A stretch of DNA of 64,000 bases from Paragordius varius (Eukaryota; Animalia; Nematomorpha). The notes under the pieces were generated by a model, which was given only the letters and a program-made list of their open reading frames with translations, was not told the origin of the DNA and did no database searches. Location: positions 6,324,001 to 6,388,000 of the forward strand of contig OZ176054.1 of assembly GCA_964247055.1 (NCBI GenBank), written 5' to 3'. The translations under genes and the position numbers were made by a program. Positions 47,651-59,300 of this stretch are shown in pieces; the first letter of the stretch is position 1; each line of letters starts with the position of its first letter.

Positions 47651-50600
47651 TTAAACACCAATGCTAAAAGAAAAATCAACAGTTTTCCAATCAGTCCAAT
47701 CATGCTTGTAATGACACTCAAATTTGTCTAAATCTTTATAACTTAAACAATCATCACCATTTACAATGTGTTGATGGCTTACAGTTTTTAATCGTTCGGC
47801 CTTTATACTTTTTTCACGTATATGAACTCTAATATTTGTTGGTATTGCATGTGTCGAATTTGATATGTTATTGATTGCCATTTCAAACACTATTATAGTT
47901 TGACACCGTGTTCCATATACCCGGGCTACATTTGACTGTGGTTTATGAAAATTGAGTGATTTATTTGGCAGAATTGCATTCAGAAAAGGTTTAATAAATA
48001 TGGATGACTTGTGTGCAATTTCAAAGGGAGTAAAGTTTAACGGGCTAAGTTCTTGCTCCATGTTTAAGTCGGGATATAACCTAAAATATATATTTTAAAA
48101 ACAAATTACATTTTTCATGATTTAATATTTATCTTTAACTAGTCCTATTAGCTATTTAAACATATATAATACAAAAGAAAATAAAACAAATGATCCGGCT
48201 TTGGCATATCATGCCTATAAATGCAATCATATAATACACTGGGATTCCGAAGTTGTGGATAAAAAAGAAAATATGACGGAAAGAATAAAGAAAAGTTTTT
48301 ATATATACAAAAAATATAATTAACAGAAAGAAAGATAAACAATTTATTAAAAATATTTTTCTTAACATTACAAACATGTTTTTTTAGTTTCATTTCTCAT
48401 TTATTATTTTTAATTTATACCTAATTAGTTTTTATTTTAATTTTATTTTAACATTTGACAAAGATTACTTATAGCAATTGAAAATTCTCTTTAATAAATT
48501 TATTCTATTATAGCTGTATTATAATCCCAATATTAATAAAAGCCTTATTATTTATTTAATTACAGAAAAATTACATAATTTTAGCAATAGATATACTATA
48601 TTTTATAACCTGTTATCATTACACATTATACTATCCAATCGTGTTAACAATTCTCCGATTTCAAGAGTATCTGAATTCGATATTTTCTCACAAAATAATT
48701 GCTTAAGACGAAGGGTTTTTCGCCATTCGAGATTCGAATCCGTAAAAACAGTCTTAGAATTCGTAAATGCAAATGGTTGATCAATATTTTTTTTGAGGAC
48801 AACATCAGAAATAGATCGATTGTTTTGATATACATTAATGTTGTTTATATCAGTCTCGCCATTCCCAACAAGAATAAATTGAGCTGGTTCATAGTTTTTT
48901 AGGGCAGTTGGTCCCAGCTTTAAGTAATCTAAGGGGATTTGACCTCTATGATAACTAATATTTTTATTACCATCTCGATTGATTGGTAAATTAAGAAGTG
49001 CTGCAAATACACCCTTATCACTAATGGCTAACCAAGTACCTCCTTCACGCCCAGCAGTAATATCCTGTCCTTTATATATTTTATTAAAATAAAATATTAA
49101 TTATGTTTGTAATAACGCAGGGGTGTTCAATATGCGGCCCTCTAAATTACTGCGGCCCACGAGAAATTTCAATCGCCAAATTTTACGAAATCTAATTAAA
49201 CTTGATTTTCTTTAACAAACTTTCTGAATTAATCTTTCTCAAATTTTGGTAATGAACCAGCAAAAAATGTTAAAATAAATAGTAATTTTTACAGTATTCT
49301 ATTTTAAATTTAATAAAATACTCGTTGCGAATGCGGCCCGTGAGGACAATTGTGTTGGACACCCCTGTAATCATGCATAAAAATTGAAGTTATTTATGCA
49401 TAAAGCTAATATAAACATACTCGAAACGGATAAATAATAGACTACGTAGCAAAGTCTTAGTAGGTTATAAAATTAACAAATCGCGATATGAACATTTTCA
49501 ATTTTTCAGAATGTAAATTTGCAATATTTGGGGAATTGTGTCAAACAAAAAAGGCTTAAAAGAATTATGCACAACGACATTGATGTCGTTCAAATAATGA
49601 TCAAAATTATCGATACTTAAACACAAACAAACAAAAAATTAAATTTTTAAGGTTTTTCGTGTTTCCATTGTTTTTCTATTATAGGTATGTTTTTCAGGGA
49701 TTATTGATACAACGCTGTGAAAGAAAAAAATTCGGAAAAATAATAATGAAATTTATTAAACTGTCCGTTAGTAGATTTTATAATTATGGTTCAAAACAAT
49801 TATACTAAAGAACAGTCAAAATGAAATCGCCAAATCCGCGCACATAATGCCAAGTATTGTTTTGGAGAAGCTAAAGAACCTAAATATTCTTTTAATAATG
49901 TTAGATTACATTCAAAATCAACAGTATTCGTTCCAAAGGTTAGATCTGAAACGTTTTTGTAAAGTCGGAACAACCATAAGCTTTTTTGGTTTAGTTTACT
50001 TAAGAAAGTAGATTAAGGTCCGTTTTCGTTTCATGTTTGGAATTTAAAATAATCATGCAAAGTGGTTATATCTTTTAAGGGCTGTGGTACTCAACAAAGA
50101 GCAGACTACACCTCACAACAAGTAATTAATAGCTAATTCTTCTAAAATAGTTATATTATTACATCATGCATATTTATTTTTAAACCTCTAATAAAGTGTC
50201 AAAAAAATGAAAGAGAATAAGAAAAATTACCTTGGAAATTGTCCAAAAACCATATTAATCAGAGACAAATTTAATTAAATATTTCGAAAAGATTTCTCGC
50301 AACTAATAATCATAATCGCAAGCTAATCAGAAATATATGCTATTTATTGCTCCTCATTACTATGTTTGTTGGGAATAAAATCCTATTGTAGGATCAGAAA
50401 TTGCTAAAATAGATTGGGTTCCACTCTATGTAAATAGCCTCAAAATGATATACAGATCACCGAAAAATCATTTAAATAATGTATATTATTTCGTATTATA
50501 TCTAATCATGGGCCCAAGTATTTTATTTATGCCAAGATTTTAATCTTGCGCTTTTTAATGGGACAAAACTAAATATGACATTAAAGTATGGAAAAAATAA

Positions 50601-53466
50601 TTTAAGAATCTAAAAGTTTTCGCATACTTTCGTTAGTTTTTAATTTAATGATTTATCTTTCTATTAGGCCAAAAATTTATAGCGCGGGTTCCAAATTATG
50701 ATGTGCGGTGCAGTTGGAGCTATTATTTTTAAGGAGATAAAAAATTTACAATAGGGGGACGTAAACAAAAAAGGGTGAAATTACTGCTTTAAGCGGTTTT
50801 GAATTAAAGTGTGGTAGTGTGTATGCATTTCCAATCGTGCTTTAATGTTTAAAACCTTACCATATTAGCTCTAGTTTATGCAATTCACGCCTTGCGGCTA
50901 AAATTAATGAATGCAACCAAATAGCTAGGCGCCAAAAAACAACTTATCAGCTACATCAGTGATGAAAGACGTAATTTTCGGCCCAAAATATAATTTTGTA
51001 CAAGCATAAATTCACATTTAAAAATATTCGATTTATATGCATAATGCGGTTCAGTTTTGGAATATTTTGGGCAACCAAAAAATTTTGAACGCTCATCTAT
51101 ATTAATGTGACCAGATATTTTGAACTGTGACGCAGTACAAAATTAAAACATACTTGGTTTGTTTTTACATCGGTGTGGTTTATTACATAATTTCCACAAA
51201 TAAAAAAAAGATGAAATATATTTATTATGATAAGAAAATATCAGGATTATCATGGTGCCTTCTGTTCAAATTTTTAGATGTAGGCCCTAAAAGTCCCAAA
51301 TTTTTTGGCTCTTTTAAAATGGGCTGTCTAAAATAAACGCGAAAATTCCGACATTGTGCAATAATTTTAAATATATGTTATATTGCAATATCGACTAAAT
51401 ATATTTTTAAAATGCATACTATAAAAATTCATTTAGCAAAATTTTGTAAAGTACTTCATACTATTTTGACCATGATGGAAACGATATAAACGGTTGAGTT
51501 AAACCATTTATATATATAACAAGCGTAAATCTCGTGCTGCTCCGCAGCCCGAGGAAGTCCTTCGGACTTCTGGGGGGAGGGGGGGCTATTTGAAAAAAGG
51601 GACAATAAAATGATCCACATATGTGAATTATTTCGAAACATTATTTAATAGCTATGATCTCATAGGAATTTTAAAACGGTGCATTCATACTATTTATTGT
51701 TTACTTGGGGGAAAAATATATTTAAAAAATTATTTTTGTGGACTTTGTTTTTTGAAAAAAATGGCATTTTACGGGGGGAGCGAGTAAAAAAAGGCCTAAA
51801 TTAAAAAAGCGAGCCGATTATGTTCGGCGCAATCGAAAATAAGTAAACAAAAATCATATTTGAAATTAAATGGTCCAACACGTTCTCCGGAGAATTGTCT
51901 CAAAGACACGATTTTTGTGGACTTCTGTTTTTTTACACGGGGTGGGCCCGACTGGGGGCCTAATTCAAAAAAAGGGCAAAGCTATTGTCGGGGCATTTAA
52001 TGATTATATTTTTTTTGATATTTGAATTTGAATGGGTCTACCGGTTTTCCGATCACAAAGCCAGCATTTTCTATTTTTATAAATATATAGATTCGATTCT
52101 AAACATTTTTCTCACTCAGAACTATTGTTTTTTTACAAAAATTCACCAAAATTTGAAAGCAAACAAACCTTTAAATTAATCTCAATCAATAATAATGTTC
52201 AACATCATCGAATTATTTAGAAAAAGGGTTTTATTATATCTTAAAGCGTTAATCCGTTTCCATTATGCTATAAAATAGTTTACAGTACGCTTCAAAAAAA
52301 TATCTCAAAATTGTTTATTAGAAAAAAAATTTAAAAACTAATAAAAATCAAAGTTTAAAAAAAAATCAAGAAATATAATATCTCCAGCCTAATGAGTATA
52401 GAAATGGTAAAAAACTATTACCATGTATAATAAATTTTAAACAATATGTAATGGGAATATAATTTTCTATATAATTTACCGTTTGATAATTTTAACAAAT
52501 GAACTTTCAAAACTTAATTAAACATTTATTAAGATATTATAAATTATTTTGTTAATTTTAAATTTGAGGTCTCTTTTTGCGGAAGTCCTGAGTGAAAGAG
52601 CCATTAGCCTGAATCTTACGGTGGAGTCGGAGATTTTAAGTTTCGCCAAGGCGCGAAAGGGTGCAATCCTAAGCGGTTTGACCGATCCAAAATCCAATTT
52701 TATGTATAATTCGAGCATAAAATAAAATATTAACCAATTAAAAAAAGGCCAATCTTAGTTTTTTACCGCAAAATGAACCATTTCTTAACAAATAATGGGG
52801 TTATTTTTACAGAGGGTACTATATTAAATTCTAAAATAATTTTTTTAAATAAATAAAAGGTAATTAATATATATATATATATTAAAAAAACTTAAAAATT
52901 TTTCAATTTCAAAAGCAGTACAAAAATGGGCGCAGTACAGTCGCGGTTTTTTTCTGAAAACCCAGTACTGTACTGCTAAAAATAGGCTATCTGGTCACAT
53001 TAATCTATATAAAAAAGCGAAAAAAATGTTAATTTAAATACCATTACCCCAATTGGTACACAAAATATAATTAACATGTTGAGAGGACCATTTATATAAA
53101 ATGGCCAGAGGAATTAATAATTTAGGTAATAAAAAGTTTTTAAATTTATTTTCGATAAGCTTTTTTGAGGTTAAATATTTATTACTAAAAGTATGTCCAT
53201 AAAGTAGCATCCAAATTGACTCTGCCGATATGATAAAAACTAAAAACTTTAAAATAGAAGATAAGGCTTTAAGATTATAAGTCTCTATAAAGTAAATAGG
53301 ATATTTTAGAGAACCATGTTATATCATATATATATATATTACCATAAAAAGAATTATTTCTGTAAGAGAGTTGTAATGACGGACGATCAAAATATTCATC
53401 CCTATTATGTGCTAATATTATGGGATATCTGCCGGATTGCCTGTGGTTAAACAATATGATGCACAT
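47651..53466 (-). CDS. TANGO2: Transport and Golgi organization 2 (NRDE-family Ntn-hydrolase fold), 3 exons, 337 aa
   Basis: Exons 53466-53343 (MCII...LAHNRDEYFDRPS), 49069-48610 (GREGGTWLAIS...HRGQIPLDYL...EWRK) and 48080-47651 (YPD...YGTRCQTII...DW). They total 1014 nt and are in phase. Confidence 0.93.
49118..49367. mobile_element. hAT-type MITE
   Basis: Termini are CAGGGGTGTTCAA and TTGGACACCCCTG, with GCGGCCC subterminal motifs. The degenerate 8-bp flanks are taataacg and taatcatg. Confidence 0.75.
51103..53002. mobile_element. Non-autonomous hAT element, 1.9 kb, in TANGO2 intron 1
   Basis: TIRs are TAATGTGACCAGATA and TATCTGGTCACATTA. A perfect 8-bp target duplication ATCTATAT lies at 51095-51102 and 53003-53010. 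Confidence 0.9.
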
Positions 53467-53489
53467 TCATACATTACATCGTACATGAT
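53467..53489. promoter_or_regulatory. 23-bp bidirectional spacer between TANGO2 and ZNF207
   Basis: ATGs lie at 53466 (-) and 53490 (+). Both starts are fixed by conserved N-termini (MCII and MGRKKKK). Confidence 0.8.
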
Positions 53490-56400
53490 ATGGGCCGTAA
53501 AAAGAAAAAAGCTTCAAAGCCTTGGTGTTGGTAAAGTTATTTAGTTATACTATAGGTATTGTAACCGTAATTTTGAGGATGAAAAAATATTGATTCAACA
53601 CCAAAAAGCAAAACATTTTAAGTGTGAAACTTGTCACAAACGTTTGTACACTGCCCCTGGATTGCAAATTCACTGCTTGCAAGTTTTAATTTATTATAAT
53701 ATTTAATAATTCGATCTTTAAGTCAACAATTTTTAATTTCTAAAGGTGCATAAAGAAAATTTGGAAAAAGTACCTAATTCATTGCCTAATAGAGGCGACA
53801 TTACCCTTGAAATATATGGCATGGAGGGAATTCCGGATGATGCTGATGATTACATAGAATCTGAACCTTCCAAATCTACCCCTACATTTAGTATTTTATA
53901 TTATCCATTTTATAATAATTTAGAGTTAACGGTTATATATTTATTATTACCTTAAAAATAGGATTCACAATAATTTAATAAAATTTATAATTTTTCTATT
54001 TTAAATTTTCTTAGTTCCACCACAACCAATCAACGGTTATTTTCCGATACCTCCCCCGCCACCTATGTATGCATAATTATTTTATATTTGCGTTATATAT
54101 AAAGTACCGAAACAAGGTCCATGCATAAACCAATTTTTTATAAAATAGTGATTTTACCACCTTCTGGGCTAGTTTTATTCCTTAAGGCCATTTTAAAAAT
54201 ACCTAAATATTTAGCATTGGGCAAAATTTAAAAATATGCTGTCTTTAGCCTGCAAGATACAATTTTATTTGAAAAATGCAAATTCGTAAAAAAATCCTCA
54301 TATTAATTTCTTCGCCGCCATTTTTCTCGGGAATACGATAGGCGTATTTATTGAAAAATATAAATATTCACTTCGTAAAGTTGATTTTAATATCAATTCG
54401 TTTCAATCATTGTTTGGTGTATTTGAAAATTTGGGGATCTGGAAAATAAAAAACTATATAATTTTTAATTTTTTTCTAATACAAGAGGGTTTATTATTTT
54501 GTTTTAACCAAAACTATTTTCAAAACAGTAGTTAGTTTTTACTTTTTTATGCTCTGGTTTAAAAAACTACCCCAGAATATAATCGGGTGCAAAAAAAGTA
54601 ATTGTAAATTGTTTGTGGTATACTTAACCAATATAATCAAATTTTAATCATTTCTTTAATATTATCTTATGTATTATATTCCAGAAAGTTATATACCCAA
54701 GATTCTCTCTTCTGTTTGTAAAGTCTTATAAAAGTTAATGGCTAAATAATTAGAATAAACTTCTTTGTGAGTTTTTTTATCTTTTAATATCATTAATTTT
54801 CTTTACAACCGAATTACAAAAGTTATTTCATATAGATATCAAACTTACAATAATAACCATTTTATGCCACCTCCCCTACCTCCCTTACCCCCTATTCCTC
54901 CTCCAATGTCTTTACCCTCCAGGTATCCAATGGCAACAACAATTGATCCTCAAAGTATGATGATCTCAAAAGCGAATATAGATAATACGAATAACTATAA
55001 TCTTAATAAAACGGTTACCATGACAACAAGCATGAACAATATGGCCGCTCGAATGCAGTTACCCCCACCACCCATTCCTTTGTTGCTATGGCAACCACCA
55101 TTGATTGGGGATCAAAACGAAAATAAGTCATCATTTCCAACCCCAAATGCGTCATGTCATGATGTACAAAAGAGTGTTTTTGACACACGAGATAGTAGCT
55201 GTACGACATCATCTACCCTAACAGATTACTTGAATGGGACTCCCAATTTGGCTACTTCTCAACCATCGCAGACAAATGTTCATTCATTGCTAAAGTTTTT
55301 CTTTTATATAATTTTTTGATAATAAATTTATGAAATAAAACGGGAATTGCACAATATAGAATGAAATAATAGGTTTTTATGATTTTGAGATTTGTTTCAT
55401 TAAATTTACGGCGTACTAATTATAACAATAATCTGCCTAATCATTTATGTATTTTTAGTTGAGTGGTCAAAACAAAAAGTCTCATAGATTTCAAAAATAT
55501 ATGTTTAAAGCTTATATATATACATATATATATATATATATAATTATTTTTCTCCTTTATCAACAATTAAGCAGTGTTTTGTTAAAACACATTTTCATTT
55601 TCCCATAAACATTTGATAGATTAAGTAATCCACAACCCGATTCGACCCCAAGCATGGGACTTAAGACACCCACATCTACTAATAAGGATGACGGTTATCG
55701 GACTTTTGGCCAACAAACTAATAAACAACCGCTAATGTTAACGTCTTCCGGATATATTTTACGTATTATGTACCCTGATTTTGATATTTCACCCGTAATG
55801 TTTCATGATTATTTTATATTGTTTTTATCAATTTAGGGTTAACATGGGTATTTTTAGGGATATTTTTAAATATTCTAAAAGATTTAGACCATTGATAAAG
55901 ATGATACGATTAATTTACTTATTTTAAAGATAATTGTAACGTTCTTATTATCTAAAGCATTTTTATAAGATATATTACCAGTTTTTGACAATTGATATTT
56001 TTTAAATGTCATCTTTGCTTAGTAAACTTTTCAATATATCGTCTGTGGAAATTATTGAATATGGATTTAATCATTTACCTTTAAATATATAATATTGTTT
56101 ACATTTAGGAAGAATTAAAAGCATTAGATCCTAAATACGAGTATACATATGCGGAAGATTTAATTAAATCGCATGTTAACAACCCGACATCCTCTAGTTT
56201 AAACATCAACAAAAACATCTCGAATTCATCCGACATTAAAAATAATAATTTAAACAATACCAAAAGAGTCAAATTAAGTGATGAAACATCCAATTGGTCC
56301 ACTGTGTCAAAGACATCACCTTATGAAAACTCAAATATGCAATCTAATTATCATTTAACAAATAGTAATGCTAATAACTATTCATATCCCAATACTATTA

Positions 56401-57702
56401 CACCTAAGTCAACATTAGACAATGATATCACATTAAAACCACCCCCTATACCTCCCCTAAGTATGATATCATTTATTACAGTAAAAACCATAAGTTGACA
56501 AAATATCCATCATAATAGTTGATTGTGTTTGGTGATGACTTCATTACATTGAAACTATTCACATTTAATCGACTCTCTTTTATATCCCTTTCCTTTTATA
56601 CAGAAGTCATTTTGTCTGCTAATTTTAGTTAGCAAAAGAATGCAAAAAACAACTTGTTTTTGTATGGAATAATATCGCATAAAAAAAGTATATTTTAATA
56701 ATTTACGGTAGCATATGAATTCAATGCCTACTTTACCGCCAAGGCCAAATAATATAATAACCAAACTTAATTTTCTTAACTTATTATATGCGATTAAAAA
56801 TGATAGTTATAATTTTTTTATTTTTGTGTTGTAAAATTGTAAGCGTTTATAACAGTTATGTATGCCTATAATGGAAAATTCACTTGTTTAGATTTTTTGA
56901 ATAAGGTAAAACTTTAGTTTATTATTGCAATTTTTATCAATGGTACTTGACACATTTAAAATTAATACTATTTAATCTGAATGATACAAATTAGATTTAA
57001 TTTATTGTGTCTAAAAAATTCATTAACAATAATATAAGCAATAAATGGTAAGTTATAATAAATTTGGGAGACGACGAATAAAGCAATCGGTAAAAAAGAA
57101 ATGCACCAATAATCATAATTCCCAAAAAATTACGTGATTGTTCATAATAAAGTTTAAACATCCAAATTACATAAAAACAGTAGAAAATTATAATTTATTT
57201 AACGCGCAAAAAGGTTTGACTGTATTATTAGGATTTCGTTATTTTGGACTGCTAGACCAAACATAATTTGCCTATACATCTAAAATTATAAAGTAATGCA
57301 AAGATATTTTTATGGAAAATCCTATTTTGTAGTCTTTTTTTATTTTTCCTTTTGCATTTTACAGATTTCCCTATGTCATCACTACCACATCCAATGCAAT
57401 TATTACCGCCGCCTCCCATATACAATCAACAGTCAATAAGTCAAAGTATTAATCATTTATCCTCCTATATTTCTACTCACACCAATACCAATTTCTCTGC
57501 TAATCAATTTTCTCATATATTACAAACAACAACACCTGATAATAAATTTCATAATTTTATATTATCGCCGATGCCAAACAGAAATGTTTCAAATCACGAG
57601 ACATCATACGGCAATAATAGTAATGGGCCCTTGTTATTCCCTCCTTTTATGAATAATAATTATGATAAACATTACAATTTTAATAATCAAAATCGATCAT
57701 GA
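53490..57702 (+). CDS. ZNF207: BUB3-interacting GLEBS-motif zinc finger protein (BuGZ), 8 exons, 562 aa
   Basis: Exons 53490-53530, 53556-53682, 53746-53890, 54015-54066, 54836-55294, 55620-55794, 56109-56460 and 57365-57702 (1689 nt, in phase). The N-terminus reads [58 protein letters not shown]...EIYGMEGIP. The middle is Pro-rich and the GLEBS-like stretch reads [21 protein letters not shown]. The low-complexity exon boundaries are less certain. Confidence 0.93.
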
Positions 57703-58080
57703 ATAAGCGAGATAGAGATTGGTGCAACATAAAGATGGAGTACGAGTAATCCTCTTAATAATAAATTCCATACTAATTATGGCAATAACTAAGGGGTGAA
57801 AAAACCGTTAAATTTAAAAATCAAAAGCCATATTACTTTCTTAAATTGTTCCCAATTATGCAAATCTTATTGAACTTTGAAATGATAGACCGCATTTTTG
57901 TACCATAGTTTATCAATCCCAATAAATAACTATTATTAATTATATAATTAATTTGAAATTTTTAATACGTATTATTCTACAACAATATCTTAAAAATTTG
58001 TAAAAATATAAAAATAAATTATTAGTACACCACATCATTCATTTATATATATTTTGAAAACATAAAATTTCCAATGAAAG

Positions 58081-59275
58081 CTAATCATCAAGTTTCAAGT
58101 CTCGGTAAAGATCTTTTGGTTTTCGGATGTTTCTTTCATATTGTTTATTGCTCCATATAATGACGGAGAATGCAACAAAATAAGCTAAAATTAATGATAA
58201 AATAATTGATTAGAGACCACAAAAAAGCATATCCAAATTAAATTTTATATTCGAATCACACAGATAAATTTTCTTAAAATTTAAATTTTTCGATAGAACC
58301 ATGACGATGTTAACACTCATTTTGGGGGTAATTTTATATCCCATAATTCTGTAATCAAACCATAGTTGATAGTTATAGCTATAATATAATTATCAAGCAT
58401 TGTTCTTATGTATTATAATAAAAAGCTATTTACAGTTTTATGATTTCTAAAGTCCAATGGGACAGCTTTAAAACACGATTGAAACGAACATCAGTTATTA
58501 AAATGATATACATGAAGTTTTTGATTATTAAATGCAGCCCGAAGCTTGTTAAAGTTAATTATTTAAAATATAACATAATTAGCGATTCAAAAAAATTATA
58601 AAAAATGGCGGCAAAAAGTATGTGATGAGGATTTTTTACAATTTTACAATTTTTTAAAAAAAAATTTGCATGATGCGCCTAAAAGATAAAGAAAGCATAT
58701 TTTGAAATTTGGCTTAATACCTTAAAGACTTTTTAAACTATTCAAACTTCAATAGCTCTGAGATACAAAAAGGTAATGAATTAATAATAATGGTTTATAG
58801 TAAAAAACACAAGGTATAATTTCCAAAACCGTTAAAAAATTCATTATATTTTTTGTTCGGTTCGGATCAAAAAAAATCATAGAATCTGGTCAATCACCAT
58901 TATTCTGACTGTAAAAAAATAGTTTATTCTAATAAAAATTGGGTTAACTCGCAATTTAATCAGGGTATGATTTTCAATGTGGTTTAATAACCATGCTGTT
59001 AGTTTAATCAAATGCGTCGACATTTTTAATTGTTATACATTTTAGAAGAATATAAATAAATTTTAAGGTACTAATACTTATGTAATTATCTGTATTAATC
59101 GAAAGACGCATAAAAGTTACGTACGGATGTAGAATACGAAATTTCGGGATATCATCCTCCCAAATCTTGGAATACCCTTTGAAAAAAAACCAGCAAAGGC
59201 TCTTTGTTCATATGGCGATATTGCATAACTGACAACTCCTCTCAATCTTGTAAGATTCCCAAACTCATGACCCAT
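58081..59275 (-). CDS. UQCRQ: Cytochrome b-c1 complex subunit 8 (QCR8), 2 exons, 84 aa; not in the ORF track
   Basis: Exon 1 (59275-59125) reads MGHEFGNLTRLRGVVSYAISPYEQRAFAGFFSKGIPRFGRMISRNFVFYI. Exon 2 (58184-58081) reads PYFVAFSVIIWSNKQYERNIRKPKDLYRDLKLDD*. The N-terminus matches the family pattern MGREFGNL...SYSLSPFEQRA. Confidence 0.93.
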
Positions 59276-59300
59276 CAATGTTTTGCGTTCAGGCCTTACT
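59276..59300. promoter_or_regulatory. 25-bp bidirectional spacer between UQCRQ and SLC35F (74 bp if the SLC35F start is ATG 59350)
   Basis: The UQCRQ ATG at 59275 (-) is fixed by the conserved MGxEFG. The SLC35F ATG at 59301 is in frame after a 28-nt intron. Confidence 0.65.

Noticed and set aside
48946-48970. Apparent 25-nt intron in TANGO2 exon 2
   Set aside because: The frame reads through (DGNKNISYHRGQIPLDYL) and supplies the conserved RG motif, so no intron is needed.
51550-51590. GAAGTCC-TTC-GGACTTC hairpin followed by a G-run
   Set aside because: It is a short hairpin typical of MITE interiors and lies within the hAT element. There is no other support for a terminator or ncRNA.
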